Assembly (NCBI GenBank): GCA_963748015.1
Contig: CAVVHE010000005.1
Coordinates: forward strand, 512,001 to 576,000
Direction: 5' to 3'
Length of the DNA stretch: 64,000 nt
Source: Terriglobia bacterium
GTDB taxonomy: Bacteria; Acidobacteriota; Polarisedimenticolia; Polarisedimenticolales; JAIQFR01
This document shows positions 1 through 10,318 of the stretch, piece after piece (the stretch's first letter is position 1; each line of letters opens with the position of its first letter). Position numbers and translations under genes: made by a program. Under the pieces are notes generated by a model, which did no database searches, was not told the DNA's origin, and saw only the letters and a program-made list of their open reading frames with translations.

Positions 1-1
1 A

Positions 2-376
2 GCGGTCGATGACCGGGTGACGTTCCTCGGCGCGGTGCCCCAGGAGCGGCTCGGGCGCTACTACGGCGCTTCGGACGCCCTGATCCTCGCGTCGAGCCGC
101 GAGGGCTGGGCCAACGTCCTCCTCGAGTCGATGGCGTGCGGGACCCCCGTGGTCGCGAGCAACGTCTGGGGAACTCCCGAAGTCGTCGCCGCGCCGGAGG
201 CCGGCGTGCTCATGGCGCGGCGCACCGCCGAGGGCGTCGCCGAGGCGGTCCGGGAGCTCTTCTCGAGCTATCCCGACCGGGCGGCGACGAGGCGCTATGC
301 CGAGCGATTCGACTGGGACGACACCACGGCAGGCCAGTTGAAGCTCTTCGGGCGGGTGCTCGCTTCCCGGGCGTGA
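2..376 (+). CDS. Glycosyltransferase family 4, C-terminal part (5' truncated by window edge)
   Basis: GT-B motif 'SREGWANVLLESMACGTPVVASNVWGTPEVV'; the frame is open from the window start. Confidence 0.9.
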   Translation, partial: AVDDRVTFLGAVPQERLGRYYGASDALILASSREGWANVLLESMACGTPVVASNVWGTPEVVAAPEAGVLMARRTAEGVAEAVRELFSSYPDRAATRRYAERFDWDDTTAGQLKLFGRVLASRA

Positions 377-383
377 CGGCACG

Positions 384-1607
384 CTAGGCTCCCGTTCCCC
401 GGCGCCGCGCCGCCTCGCGCACGGCGTCCTCCAGCAGCGCGTCGAGACGCGCCATCTGATCGTCCCAGCGGTGAGTTCGCTCGACGAAGCTCCGCGCGGC
501 CGCCGAGCACCGCTTCCGGGCGGCGGAATCCTGTAGCAGCGCGATCACTTCGCGCGCGAACGCAGCGGGGTTCGCGGCGGCCCGGATGCCGTCGTCGGCC
601 GAGGCCCCGAGGCCCTGGAACGACTGCGGCGTTCCGACGACCGGCAGGCCCGCCGCCATCGCCTCGAGGACCTTGTTCTGGACTCCCCTGGCGATCCTGA
701 GGGGGGCGACGGCGACGCTTGCCCGCCGAAGGTAGGGCAGGACGTCCGGAACGTACCCGGTGACGGTCACGGCGGGGTCTCGCGCGAGCTCCCTCACGGG
801 ACGGGTCGGGTTGTGGCCGACGATGTAAAAACGGCAGCCCGGGACCGCCTCCCGGATGGCCGGGAAGACATCCTCGCAGAAGTAACGGACGCCGTCCACG
901 TTCGCGAAGTAGTCCATCGCGCCGGTGAAGACCAGCGAGATTTCCTTGCCACCGGCGCCTTCCGGGCCCGCAGGCGCGAATCGTTCCAGATCGACGCCGT
1001 TGGGAATCACGTCGATCTCGCGGATGCCCGGCACGCGCCGCTTGAGGATCTCCGCTTCCTTTTCGGACACGACGATCGAGCGATCGAAAGAGCGGGCGAT
1101 GTCCTCTTCGTACGAGGCCAGGCGGTCCGCCTCGAGGCGATAGACCCAGGAGAGTGGGAACTTCTGGCGCTCGCCGTAGGCCCGCCACTTCTCCGAATCG
1201 ACGTCCACGAAGTCCATGATCCTGGGAATGCCCTCGACGTCCTTCACGTACTCCGCCATGGCCGACGAGAACACGACGATGGCGTCGGGACGCCGCGCGC
1301 GAATCGCTTCCGCGATCTTCCGCTCGAGGGCGCGGGAGCGGAACGCCAGCACCGACAGCGGCTTCCCGGTCAGAATCCCCATGAGGGCGAGAATCCTCGC
1401 GACCCTCTTGCCGCGGTACACGGCGGAAACGGAGCGGCAGTGGGCGAGAAGCGCGCCCACGTGCTCCCGGTCGTTCTTCTCGTCCAGCATGCACGCCAGG
1501 TCTACCGTGTGCCGCTTCGCGAGATGGACTATCTCGTGGAAGGACCGGATCTTGTCGCCCTTGTCGGGCGGAAACGGGATCCGGTGCGCCAGGAACAGGA
1601 CGTTCAT
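384..1607 (-). CDS. PEP-CTERM/XrtA system-associated glycosyltransferase (TIGR03087-like, GT4)
   Basis: N-terminus 'LFLAHRIPFPPDKGDKIRSFH', 'MDFVDVDSEKW', 'FTGAMDYFANVDG', 'IARGVQNKVLEAMA'. Confidence 0.9.
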   Translation of the reverse strand: MNVLFLAHRIPFPPDKGDKIRSFHEIVHLAKRHTVDLACMLDEKNDREHVGALLAHCRSVSAVYRGKRVARILALMGILTGKPLSVLAFRSRALERKIAEAIRARRPDAIVVFSSAMAEYVKDVEGIPRIMDFVDVDSEKWRAYGERQKFPLSWVYRLEADRLASYEEDIARSFDRSIVVSEKEAEILKRRVPGIREIDVIPNGVDLERFAPAGPEGAGGKEISLVFTGAMDYFANVDGVRYFCEDVFPAIREAVPGCRFYIVGHNPTRPVRELARDPAVTVTGYVPDVLPYLRRASVAVAPLRIARGVQNKVLEAMAAGLPVVGTPQSFQGLGASADDGIRAAANPAAFAREVIALLQDSAARKRCSAAARSFVERTHRWDDQMARLDALLEDAVREAARRRGTGA

Positions 1608-1725
1608 CCGTGGACCTTTCGCGCGCGAGTTTTTTCAGGGGCCGTCGGCGGGCAATTCTCGCATGCCGGGAAGGACGCCGGCAATCGGGCCGCGCCCGGG
1701 GCCCAGGCCAGACGCCGGCGGGATA

Positions 1726-2958
1726 TTAGCGAGAGCGCTCGAACTCGATCGCGCCGAGATCGATCGCCCCCACCGCGGGCCTCCGCGTCGCCCCCGTCTT
1801 GGACACCGGCTGGAGCGCCGGAACGAGGCGGAAGCCGTGCACGCTCCCCGGGTCCTCGCCCGCGTCGATCGCGGGAGAGCCGGACTTGAGGCGGTAGTCG
1901 AAGCCCTTCGGATCGACGAATCGCGGCCTGGAGGAGGTGAGGTTGTGGCTCTCCACGGCGGCCCCCCTCGTCGGCTCCCCGCGCCCGGCGAAGATGTTGT
2001 TGACGACCTTCGCCACGGTGGGCGCGTTCCTCAGGAGAACGAAGACGCCCCCGTTCGGGCGCTCGTTCACGAACGTGTTGTTCACCACGTACACTTCGTT
2101 CACCGGGTACGCCATGCTCTCCGCGGCGTAGGAGAACAGGATGGCATTCTGTGCCTCCGGCCCCTTCTGGATAACGTTGCCGATCAGGTAGACGACGCCT
2201 CCGTCCGGGAACTCCGCCTCGAAGCTCGCCGAGCCTGTGGTCTCGTCCATCAGCCGGTTGTAGAGGACGAAGTTCTCCCGTGCACGGCTCTTGAGGTTGT
2301 GCCCCGTCCTCGTGTGATGGGAGTAGCTGTCGCGGAGGGTGAACGATCGCACCCCCCCGATGTAGATGTTGTGGGTCTGTCCGTCGCCCGTGCCGTTGTT
2401 CGCGAACTCCGAGGACTCGATGAGGAGGTCGCCGTCGTTCGTGCCGACCAGGATGCCGGTCTGGTTGTCGTGGAAGAAGCACTGCCGGACGATCAGGCCT
2501 TCCGCCTCGCCCCTAATCCCAGCGCCGTTGCCGTCGGAGACCGTGGCGCCGGAAAACTCCACGTTCTCGACCGTCGTGTCCTTCCCCCGGATCACCCAGA
2601 TAGCCTTCCCTTCGGCGGCCGCGCCGCCGGCCTTCAGGTGCGGACGGCCGCCGACGCCTCGGATCGTCAAGTGGTCCTTCGTCCAGACTGCCGCGTCCCC
2701 CTCGTACGAGCCGGCCCGGATCTCGATAGTGTCGCCGTCGCGCGCCTCGGCCGCCGCCTGGCTCGGCGACGAGAGCTTCTCGCCGGGCCCGACTCGCAGG
2801 ACGCGCACAGGACGCACGGCGGCGGGTTTCGGCCCCACCGCGGGCGATGCAAGGGAAGTTCCCTGCAGGCAAGCTGCGAGAATCGCGAACGCGACAGAAA
2901 CGAGACTCGTCCTCGCGGAGCACTCCGGAGGCGCCCCGTGACGACGGTCAAGGATCAT
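1726..2958 (-). CDS. Secreted right-handed parallel beta-helix protein (pectin-lyase-like fold)
   Basis: Signal-like N-terminus; 'DGDTIEIRAGSY', 'GNGAGIR', 'HNIYIG', 'GHNLKSRA'; ends with choice-of-anchor-Q-like 'DYRLKSGSPAIDAG...DLGAIEF'. Confidence 0.75.
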   Translation of the reverse strand: MILDRRHGAPPECSARTSLVSVAFAILAACLQGTSLASPAVGPKPAAVRPVRVLRVGPGEKLSSPSQAAAEARDGDTIEIRAGSYEGDAAVWTKDHLTIRGVGGRPHLKAGGAAAEGKAIWVIRGKDTTVENVEFSGATVSDGNGAGIRGEAEGLIVRQCFFHDNQTGILVGTNDGDLLIESSEFANNGTGDGQTHNIYIGGVRSFTLRDSYSHHTRTGHNLKSRARENFVLYNRLMDETTGSASFEAEFPDGGVVYLIGNVIQKGPEAQNAILFSYAAESMAYPVNEVYVVNNTFVNERPNGGVFVLLRNAPTVAKVVNNIFAGRGEPTRGAAVESHNLTSSRPRFVDPKGFDYRLKSGSPAIDAGEDPGSVHGFRLVPALQPVSKTGATRRPAVGAIDLGAIEFERSR

Positions 2959-3018
2959 GGAATCCCCCCTTCGGCGAGACGGCGCGCGCCGAAGCCGCCG
3001 TGGCCCTCCGACCCGCGT

Positions 3019-5163
3019 CTAGCGGACCCTGACTCCGGTGGGCGCCGCGGGCTTCGTGCCCGGCGTGCCCGGCGTCCGCGGCACGATGGCCCACACCGGA
3101 GCGGTGGTGTAGTCGGGTGTCCCGGCGCTGCGGAACAGGTCCCACTGGGCCTGCGTGGCGTGCCCCGACTCCACGGCGGCGGCCAGCGCCGGCTGCATGT
3201 TGCTGTAGTAGCCCGTCGCCATGTCCGAGTAGGACGCCGGCAGCTGCATCCTCTGGCCGGCGGGACAACTGTTCACGTCGACGGTCGGATGCTTGGCGGC
3301 CATCCAGCCGACGTAGAAGCTCCGATAGCTCGTATACCAGTTGCCACCCCCATCGCGCTTCACGTCGGTCCCGGCGGACAAGTTGTACTCGGTGGCGTAG
3401 ATGTAGCACCACTCCGTCGCCGGGTTCGATCCCATGCGTCCCGCGGTATACCGGTTCAGCCAGTTTCTGAAGGGGGTGGCGTTCGTGAATCCCATGTTCA
3501 CCGCATAACCGATCGTCGCCGTGACGAAGTCGTCCTCCCACGGGTTGTGTGCCGGCTCGTTGTTCCAGTCCGGGAGGACCCCCAGCGTCGAGACAGCGGT
3601 GTTGGAAGGGGAGACCCAGTTGCCTCGGAACGCCATGTTCGCGTTCCATCGGTCGTTGAAATACGTCTTGTAGTTCTCGTTCCCGATGGTGAATCCGTCC
3701 GGAACCGCGTACGCCGCCTGCGCCAGACTCCTCAGCCCCCACGCGAACTGCCGGACCGTCCCGCCGCCCTGCAGGATCCCGTAGTACGGTCCCGTCGCGC
3801 CACCGCTGAAGGAAACGCCATCCCACCTCCGGTAGTCGTAGCCGGTCCAGATCAGGTTCCAATTCGCCATGAACATGAGCTCTTCGAGGAACCTGTAGTC
3901 GCCCGTGAGGAGATAGGCGAGATAACCGATGGAAGGCTGGTGCTCCTGGTCATGCGTGAGCGGGTTGGACGTCGCATCGTTCCCCCTCACGAAACCGCCG
4001 CTCGGGCCTTGGTAGGAAAGCGTCGGATAGGTGACGATCGAGGGCACGCCTCCCTTGCCCGAAGCCTCGTCCCTGTAGTGAAACGCGTAGGACCCCGCGG
4101 CGGACCCGTCGGCGATGAGCGCTTTGTACGCGCGCTCGTCCCCGGAGATGACGTACGCCGCCTCGCGCTCCGTGAGCAGTCCGATGGAGGACTGGTACCC
4201 CGTGGAGGGCCAGTTCGTGCTGTAGTTGCCGTGCGACATTGGCGTGTAGGTCTGCGCGAAACCGTCGAGCAGCGCGGACGAAAGCGTCAGCGTGCCATCG
4301 TAGTTCGGGACGGCGCAGGTGCTCCGGAGGTACTGCGTGTCGTGCCTCACGAACAGGCTCTGGGGCGGACCCCACCAGAACCGCTGGCTCCACCGGGTAT
4401 GGTGGTACTGGACCAGGGTGGAGCTCGTGTACACGGTCGTCGGCGTCGTTCCCGACGTCACGATCACGCTCGTCGGGGAATAGGAAGTCGAACCAGCCAC
4501 CTTGGTCCAGCCGTTCTCGACGATGGCATCGACCCTCGCCCTCCCGTTCCCCTTCGGCGCCCGGATGTGGAAGTAGGCGGCGAGGTGAGGGTGCGCGTTC
4601 CCGCTGCTGTCCTTGAGCGGCGCGCCGACGACCCACTCCATCACGTCCGGGCCCGATAACCACGTCATCGGATTGTCGCCGCTCAGCAGCGTTCGGGCGG
4701 ACGCCGTCCAAGTCGTGCCGCTGATCGTCATGCTCACGTTGGCGTCGAACGCGGCGTTCTGCGAAAGCCAGGTGGACTTGTCGGTCCACGCGCCGCCGGC
4801 GGGCGCGATCGTCGTGCTGGTGATGACGATGGTGGCCGCCGCGCCTCCGCCCATGTTCCCCATGTCCACGGTCACGAGCGCGTGACGCACGGAGCCGTCG
4901 GGATGCGTGGCCTTCACGTCCACCTGAAAGCCGGCCACGGAGGATCCGTCCGGCTTGGTGACGCCGACGTAAGACCCCGAGGGAATGTCTCCCGCTTTGA
5001 ACACGTGTCCGAACGTCGCGATCACGTTACCGGCAGCCCCCTCGTTGGTGATGACGACGCTCGCGATGTTCGAGGCCTCTGCTTCGGCCGGAATCTGAAG
5101 AAAGACCAGCACGCCTATCGCTGCGAACGAGGACAGGCGCAGGGCGCCCCGTATTCTTTTCAC
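3019..5163 (-). CDS. Secreted protein (about 714 aa), possibly YetA/exo-rhamnogalacturonan-lyase-like, with C-terminal PAAPTGVRVR tail
   Basis: GTG at 5163 preceded by AGGGAG; signal peptide 'VKRIRGALRLSSFAAIGVLVFLQIPAEAEA'; 'TFGHVFKAGD...HPDGSVRHALV' resembles the N-terminus of that family. The provided 1268-aa ORF is over-extended. Confidence 0.65.
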   Translation of the reverse strand: MKRIRGALRLSSFAAIGVLVFLQIPAEAEASNIASVVITNEGAAGNVIATFGHVFKAGDIPSGSYVGVTKPDGSSVAGFQVDVKATHPDGSVRHALVTVDMGNMGGGAAATIVITSTTIAPAGGAWTDKSTWLSQNAAFDANVSMTISGTTWTASARTLLSGDNPMTWLSGPDVMEWVVGAPLKDSSGNAHPHLAAYFHIRAPKGNGRARVDAIVENGWTKVAGSTSYSPTSVIVTSGTTPTTVYTSSTLVQYHHTRWSQRFWWGPPQSLFVRHDTQYLRSTCAVPNYDGTLTLSSALLDGFAQTYTPMSHGNYSTNWPSTGYQSSIGLLTEREAAYVISGDERAYKALIADGSAAGSYAFHYRDEASGKGGVPSIVTYPTLSYQGPSGGFVRGNDATSNPLTHDQEHQPSIGYLAYLLTGDYRFLEELMFMANWNLIWTGYDYRRWDGVSFSGGATGPYYGILQGGGTVRQFAWGLRSLAQAAYAVPDGFTIGNENYKTYFNDRWNANMAFRGNWVSPSNTAVSTLGVLPDWNNEPAHNPWEDDFVTATIGYAVNMGFTNATPFRNWLNRYTAGRMGSNPATEWCYIYATEYNLSAGTDVKRDGGGNWYTSYRSFYVGWMAAKHPTVDVNSCPAGQRMQLPASYSDMATGYYSNMQPALAAAVESGHATQAQWDLFRSAGTPDYTTAPVWAIVPRTPGTPGTKPAAPTGVRVR

Positions 5164-5218
5164 GCATTCACTCCCTTGCCGCTCGAGTGAACTTCGACTG
5201 CAGCCGATCGAATTATAG

Positions 5219-5234
5219 AGCAATAAGAGTGCCA
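5219..5234 (-). promoter_or_regulatory. sigma54 (-24/-12) promoter
   Basis: Minus strand TGGCAC-tctta-TTGCT, a full consensus match, 55 bp upstream of the GTG at 5163. Confidence 0.8.
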
Positions 5235-5360
5235 TTCTGTAATCGAGACGGGATGCACAGGCCCTGGCCCCAAGCTCGATGGAAGCCGGGAGTTGCGAGA
5301 ACGAAATCGTAACGCAGCCTGGCGGCCATGCCGATCCTGCACGCCCTCTCCGGGCAGGTC

Positions 5361-6684
5361 CTATGGGACGGGGACGAGCGGCCGGCTCCGCGCACGGGAC
5401 TCGAGCACCGGGGGCGGGCCTCCCGGGACGAGCTCCGAGGCGCGCTCCTTCAGCACGACGAGCACGGCGATCAGGCTGTAGAACATCTCGAAGTACGCGA
5501 TGTCGAGAAAGGTCCCCGCCGTCAGGTACGCGACCAGCGACGCCTCGACCATGTTCGCGCGATCCGCGAGCAGCTGCACGCCCGCCTCCGCGGCGCGTCG
5601 CCGGATGCGCCGCAGGCTGAAGAAGGAGGATACGAGGAGGCAGATCCAGAGGATCATCCCCGGAAAGCCGTGCTCGCCGAAGATCGTGAGCCACATGCTG
5701 TGGCAGGACCAGAACTTGCCGGGCCAGCGCGCGAGGAATTCGGGGTAGTATTTCCGGTACTGTTTGATCCCGTAGTACTCGAACCCGCCCCCCGTGAGGG
5801 GATGGGCCATGCCGACCCGCTTGCAGAACTCCCAGTTCCAGAACCGGCTCTGCGCGGAATCGTCTTCCTGGTAGTTCTCCAGGGTGTCGTAACGGCCCAC
5901 CACGCGTTCCGGGAGGAGACTGGGCAGGACGGGGAGGGCGAGGAACAGGACGACCGTCGCCACGGCGCCGATCAGGAAGCGGTGCCGGCTCTTGAGGACC
6001 GAAAGGGCCGTCACGAGAGCGAGCGCGATCCACGCGCCCCGCGAGAACGTGCAGACGACGGCGGGATAGGAGAACAGCAGCATCACGCGCACGACGTTTC
6101 GCAGCCAGCGCGACTTCTCGCTCTTCTGGAGGTAGATCAGCAGCGGCACGTTCATGGCGAGCGCCATGCCGATGGCGTTGTTCGCGAAGAGGAAGCTCTC
6201 CTCCGGGCCCCACACCAGGAAGTTCCCGCCGCAGACGACGGCGAAGAAGCCGCCTTTCAGTCCGTGGAATCCGAGCGAGAGCCCGATCACGCGCAGCAGC
6301 CACTGGAGCCGGCTCTCGTTGGTGAGCAGGCTCGTGCAGAGAAAGGGAACGATCAGGATCTTCGAGACGAAGATGAACCGGGCGAGCGCCTTCTCCGGGG
6401 AGATAGCGAACGTCGTGGAGATGGCGAACTGGATCCACAGCCCGATGAGCAGCAGCAGCTCCGCCTGCATCGGGAACTTCTTGCGCTCCGAGGAGAAGAC
6501 GAATCCCAGCACGGTCGCGCCGCCGACCATCATCGAGACCGGGAAGGTGCGGGCGAATGCCCCAGGCGAAGCTCTGCGGGCTGAAGAAGCTGAGCGAAGC
6601 GTAGGCGAGCACCCCGACGACGGGCCGCCTGAGGGCCACGACCGCGCTCGACAGGACGAACAGCAGGACGAAGACGTCTCGCAT
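5361..6684 (-). CDS. Putative O-glycosylation ligase, exosortase A-associated (TIGR03097-like); one apparent frameshift near 6557
   Basis: N-terminus 'MRDVFVLLFV...RRPVVGVLAYASLSFFSPQSFAWG' joins the 5361-6533 ORF, which has 'FSRGAWIAL', 'DDSAQSRFWNW', 'HPLTGGGF', 'HSMWLTIFGEHGFPG'; length is 3n+1. Confidence 0.85.
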
Positions 6685-6861
6685 CCGCTCTCGAAGGGGT
6701 GGACGGCCCCGGCCCGCGGCCCCCTTCTTCACGTCCTCTCGGGCGTCGCGAACGATCGGTCCGTCGACACGGGACCCTGCGGAGGAGAGTCGGGATTCGC
6801 CCGGCCTGCGGGGTCGTGAAGCCACGCCCCGAGTATATCCGACAAGGGAGCGTCCGAGCGC

Positions 6862-8252
6862 TCAGCGGGCACGCACGTTGCCCGGGACAGGCGGCGGGCT
6901 TTGCGCGGCCCCGCAAGGCGGCTTGAACGCGGGCCCGACGCTCCATCCCGGATTGGAGCTCCCGTTCCAGGTGTACGCGCCGGCATCGGGCGTGCCTGTT
7001 CGCGAGGTGCAGTTGAAGTCGTCGGCCACGGCGCGGGCGAGGGTTCCGGCGTCGATCGACGGGGAGTCGGCGGACGGATAGACGTTGCGGTTGGCCGCGT
7101 CGACGAAGTCCTGGGCGACCGACCGCCCGGTCCTGTAGCCGCTCGAGGGGAGCGAGGACGTGGACGGGAGGATGACGTTGCCGGTCACGACGACCCCGTC
7201 CACACCCGAGATCGCGTACCCACCGGACCCGCAGTAGACGGCGTTGTTGGCCAGGACCAGGCCCGTCTTGTTGGCCCAGTTGCTCAGCCGCAGGCCGATG
7301 CCCGCCCCCACGATGGTGTTGTGGACGAACTCGAGGTTCTGGGGGGTCACGCCGTTGTGGTCCTGCGAATTGAAGGCATTGGAAGGGCTCGAGAGGATGA
7401 CGTTGTTCCGGATGATCGCGTCGGCGGCGGCCTGGATGCCGGAGTCGCCGCAATTCCACATGACGTTCCGCTCGACGACGTTCCGCGGAGTTCCCTCGGT
7501 GCCGTAGAGCAGGATGCAGGGATAGTGGGTGTCGTAGATCACGTTGTCCCGCACGACGTTCGAGTGCGAGCCTTTCTTGATCTCGATGCCGTCCCCCTGC
7601 GACGCACCGAGCGTGTTGTAGACCAGATTTCCCTCGATGAGGGAGTCCGACACGGCGCACGTTCCGTCGTTGCAGCCGACGTACATTCCCTCTCCGGTGG
7701 CGGCGGTCGAACCCGTGCCGTGGATGCGATTCCGCCGGACCGTAATGTGGTGCATGCTGCTGCGGAAGTTGATCCCGACGTCCACGTCGTGGATGTCGAG
7801 GTCCTCGAGCGTGACGTACGCGGGGTTGCTGTTCATGTTGATCCCGTCCCCGCCGTTGCTCGAGATCTCGAGGCCCGGTGATCGGAAAGGTACGTGGCGC
7901 CCTCGATGTTGATCGTGTTCTGCACTTCGTCAACGGCGCGTCGCGTGATGAGGGGCCGGGTCTCCCCCGGCGCGCCCTGGACCACTACCGGGGCGCTCGC
8001 GGTGCCCTTCACTCCGACCGAGATCCTCCCGCTGTCCGCATACGTTCCCTGATGCACGATGAGCACGTCGCCCGGCGCCAGGGACTCCACCGCGGCCTCG
8101 AAGCCGGCGCCGTCGCGAATCTCCTTGGTGGCGGCGGACGAGGAGGCGGAGCCCGCCAAGAGGGCGAGCGCGATCACCGATGCGGCGGCCGCGACGGAAT
8201 GGGCCGGGTACCTGCGGGCCGGCTCGCCCGGGAGGGACCTGCCGACACTCAT
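6862..8252 (-). CDS. Secreted right-handed beta-helix protein with C-terminal PPVPGNVRAR tail; apparent frameshift near 7875-7885
   Basis: Signal peptide and 'LAPGDVLIVHQGTY...GTASAPVVVQG' (ORF 7833-8333) continue into beta-helix repeats (ORF 6862-7836) if two extra homopolymer bases are removed. Confidence 0.75.
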
Positions 8253-8283
8253 GCCAACCCCCTTCTTCCCCTGCTTCGAGTCT

Positions 8284-8299
8284 AGCAATTCGCGGGCCA
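8284..8299 (-). promoter_or_regulatory. sigma54 (-24/-12) promoter
   Basis: Minus strand TGGCCC-gcgaa-TTGCT, correct GG-N10-GC spacing, 31 bp upstream of the ATG at 8252. Confidence 0.7.
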
Positions 8300-8345
8300 C
8301 GGCGCCCTGGCCGGGTCGGGGCGCGACCCCCAATCCCGCGAGCGG

Positions 8346-9536
8346 CTATCCCCGGCGGAGCCCGAGCAGCGAAACGAGCTTCCCGCGGGCCAAGCCCGCC
8401 AGCATCGAGAGCATAGGACGCACGTCGTCCGCAGCCCAGACGTCGAAGGCCCTCTCGCCCTCGAGCGAGCGCAGCCAGCCCGCGATCCCGAGCTTCGCGT
8501 CCCGGGCGGCGAAGAAATCGTTGTAGAGGTGGATCCACTTCGCCCCCGACCGGTACGGAGCGGGAGCGACGGCCCGGCCGACCGCGTGGTCGTAGGCCGC
8601 CTTGATGACGTTGAGTCCGCTGACCGTCGGCAGGAGGTTCTGCCACCACGAGCGGGCGTTGATCTCGATCAGCTTGTACACCCCGTCCCGCGGGTCGAGC
8701 TTGAACTCCGCGTCGAAGATCCCCTCGTAGCCGATGCCCTCGAGATACTCGAGAAGGCGTGTCTCCCCGACGAACGACGGGACGCTCTCCAGAAGCGACC
8801 CGCAGCCGAACCCCGGCGGGAACTCGCGTACCCTGCGATAGCAAACGTGAAGCGTCGCACCGGCGGTCCTGAGCCCAGCGCAGCCGTGCATGCAGCGCGC
8901 GTCGCCGGGAACGATCTCCTGGAGCATCACGCGTAGCCCGGACGACTCGAGCGTCGCGAAGTGCCGGAACAGCTCCTCCGCCTCGTGGGCGACGAATCCC
9001 TTGCGGCCGAACTTCCGGGCGAAGAGGGGCGAGATCTCGGGCTTGATCAGGACCGGCCAGCCGATCTCCCCCGCGGCTTTCTCGAATTCCGCCCGCGATC
9101 CGGGGAAGCGCGTCGCCGGGTGGGGAATGCCCCTCTGCTCGAGCGACTCGTAGAAGCACCGCTTGTTGACCAGCGTCTCCGTGGAATCGGCGCTCGACGC
9201 CAGGAGGCGGAAGCTGCCGCGGATCGCCGGGGCGTTTCGCGCGACCCGCAGCACGAGCACGTCGGAAATCGGGAACAGCACGGGCCGGTCGCCGGCCTGC
9301 CGAGCCACCCGCTCGAGCGCTTCCACGAACGCGGAATCCGGACACTCCTCGATGGCCGGAACGACGCTGGTGGTCTCGATGTAACGGGAGCGCAGCACGC
9401 CCGGGTCCGCCCCTCCGACGCGAAGCACACGAATTCCTTCCCGGCCGAGATTCCTCGCGAGGCCCAGCCCGTTGACCGGGTCGTCGCCGAGGATTACAGC
9501 CGGCGCCCGTTGGGGGTAGGAGGAGTGTGACGGCAA
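8346..9536 (-). CDS. ATP-grasp carboxylate-amine ligase (D-aspartate ligase-like)
   Basis: 'GLGLARNLG', 'GWPVLIKP', 'MLQEIVPG', 'DAEFKLDPRDGVYKLIEINAR'. Confidence 0.85.
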   Translation of the reverse strand: MPSHSSYPQRAPAVILGDDPVNGLGLARNLGREGIRVLRVGGADPGVLRSRYIETTSVVPAIEECPDSAFVEALERVARQAGDRPVLFPISDVLVLRVARNAPAIRGSFRLLASSADSTETLVNKRCFYESLEQRGIPHPATRFPGSRAEFEKAAGEIGWPVLIKPEISPLFARKFGRKGFVAHEAEELFRHFATLESSGLRVMLQEIVPGDARCMHGCAGLRTAGATLHVCYRRVREFPPGFGCGSLLESVPSFVGETRLLEYLEGIGYEGIFDAEFKLDPRDGVYKLIEINARSWWQNLLPTVSGLNVIKAAYDHAVGRAVAPAPYRSGAKWIHLYNDFFAARDAKLGIAGWLRSLEGERAFDVWAADDVRPMLSMLAGLARGKLVSLLGLRRG

Positions 9537-9605
9537 GCTCGAGGCGCCTTTCTCTCGCCGGGCCCGTTCCTCGCGGGAGCTCCAGCGTGACGTCCGCGGC
9601 GCGCG

Positions 9606-10154
9606 CTACAGCATCAAAGGAATCAGAGCCTCGATCACTTCGATAGCCATGTCGAGTGAGTCGGACGCCTCCGCGACGTACCGGGCGTCCTGCCACTTTT
9701 GCGCGTTACCCATCGCGTTCATACAGGAGAGGAGGTGGTCTCTTGCGTCTCTGATCTTCTGCGCGCGCGTGGCGAGGAGTGGATTCGGGTACTTCGCGTT
9801 GCTCTGGGCTCTCTCGAGGCCGTGCTGGGCGGTCCGAAGCAGGACGTAGCCGTCGTGAATCACATCCGTGATGGGGGTGAGGGATTCGAAGTCGGCGTAA
9901 CCCGCGAGCATCTGCCTGGCCGTCGTCTCACGCTTCAGGGCGTATTGCACCTGCGCTGCGATGATCACCGGCTTGTCGGTGATGAGGTAGTCGACCGATC
10001 CGGGGGGCTTTACCGTAAAGTAGTTTCCCCTGCCGGTCGAGGGCGGGCTCGTCTGGGCCATCGCCACGCCGCTCATCGAGGCGGGAATCACCAAGAGGCA
10101 GGCGCCCGCGAGAACCGTGATCGTCCGCTGCATGCCGTACCGCCGCGAAGCCAT
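9606..10154 (-). CDS. Hypothetical secreted helical protein (about 182 aa)
   Basis: ATG at 10154 after a purine-rich RBS; signal peptide ending 'GVAMA-QTSPP'. Confidence 0.6.
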   Translation of the reverse strand: MASRRYGMQRTITVLAGACLLVIPASMSGVAMAQTSPPSTGRGNYFTVKPPGSVDYLITDKPVIIAAQVQYALKRETTARQMLAGYADFESLTPITDVIHDGYVLLRTAQHGLERAQSNAKYPNPLLATRAQKIRDARDHLLSCMNAMGNAQKWQDARYVAEASDSLDMAIEVIEALIPLML

Positions 10155-10318
10155 TGCTCTCCCCCTGCGGACGCCGAAGGGCGCCGCCGATCGGGGACCG
10201 TGTTGAGAATACAGCGAAAACACCCGGCGGGCACACGCGAGTCGAGGTTTCCTGTCGATGCGACCGACCGGCTCCGCCTCCATGGGTCGCGCCCCCTCCC
10301 CGGCGGACGCAAGCAGGC

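Noticed and set aside
1654..1669. Further sigma54-like sites (here and near 12346)
   Set aside because: GG-to-GC spacing is 12 and 8 nt rather than the required 10.
1216..4659. 1147-aa plus-strand ORF and similar long overlapping ORFs (for example 45360-50483 minus, 54126-57044 plus)
   Set aside because: Shadow ORFs typical of high-GC DNA: Arg/Gly/Pro-rich, no motifs, and overlapping well-supported genes.
3019..6825. 1268-aa ORF as a single protein
   Set aside because: Artefact: the frameshifted N-terminus of the O-glycosylation ligase runs through an off-frame stretch into the separate gene starting at 5163, which has its own promoter, RBS and signal peptide.
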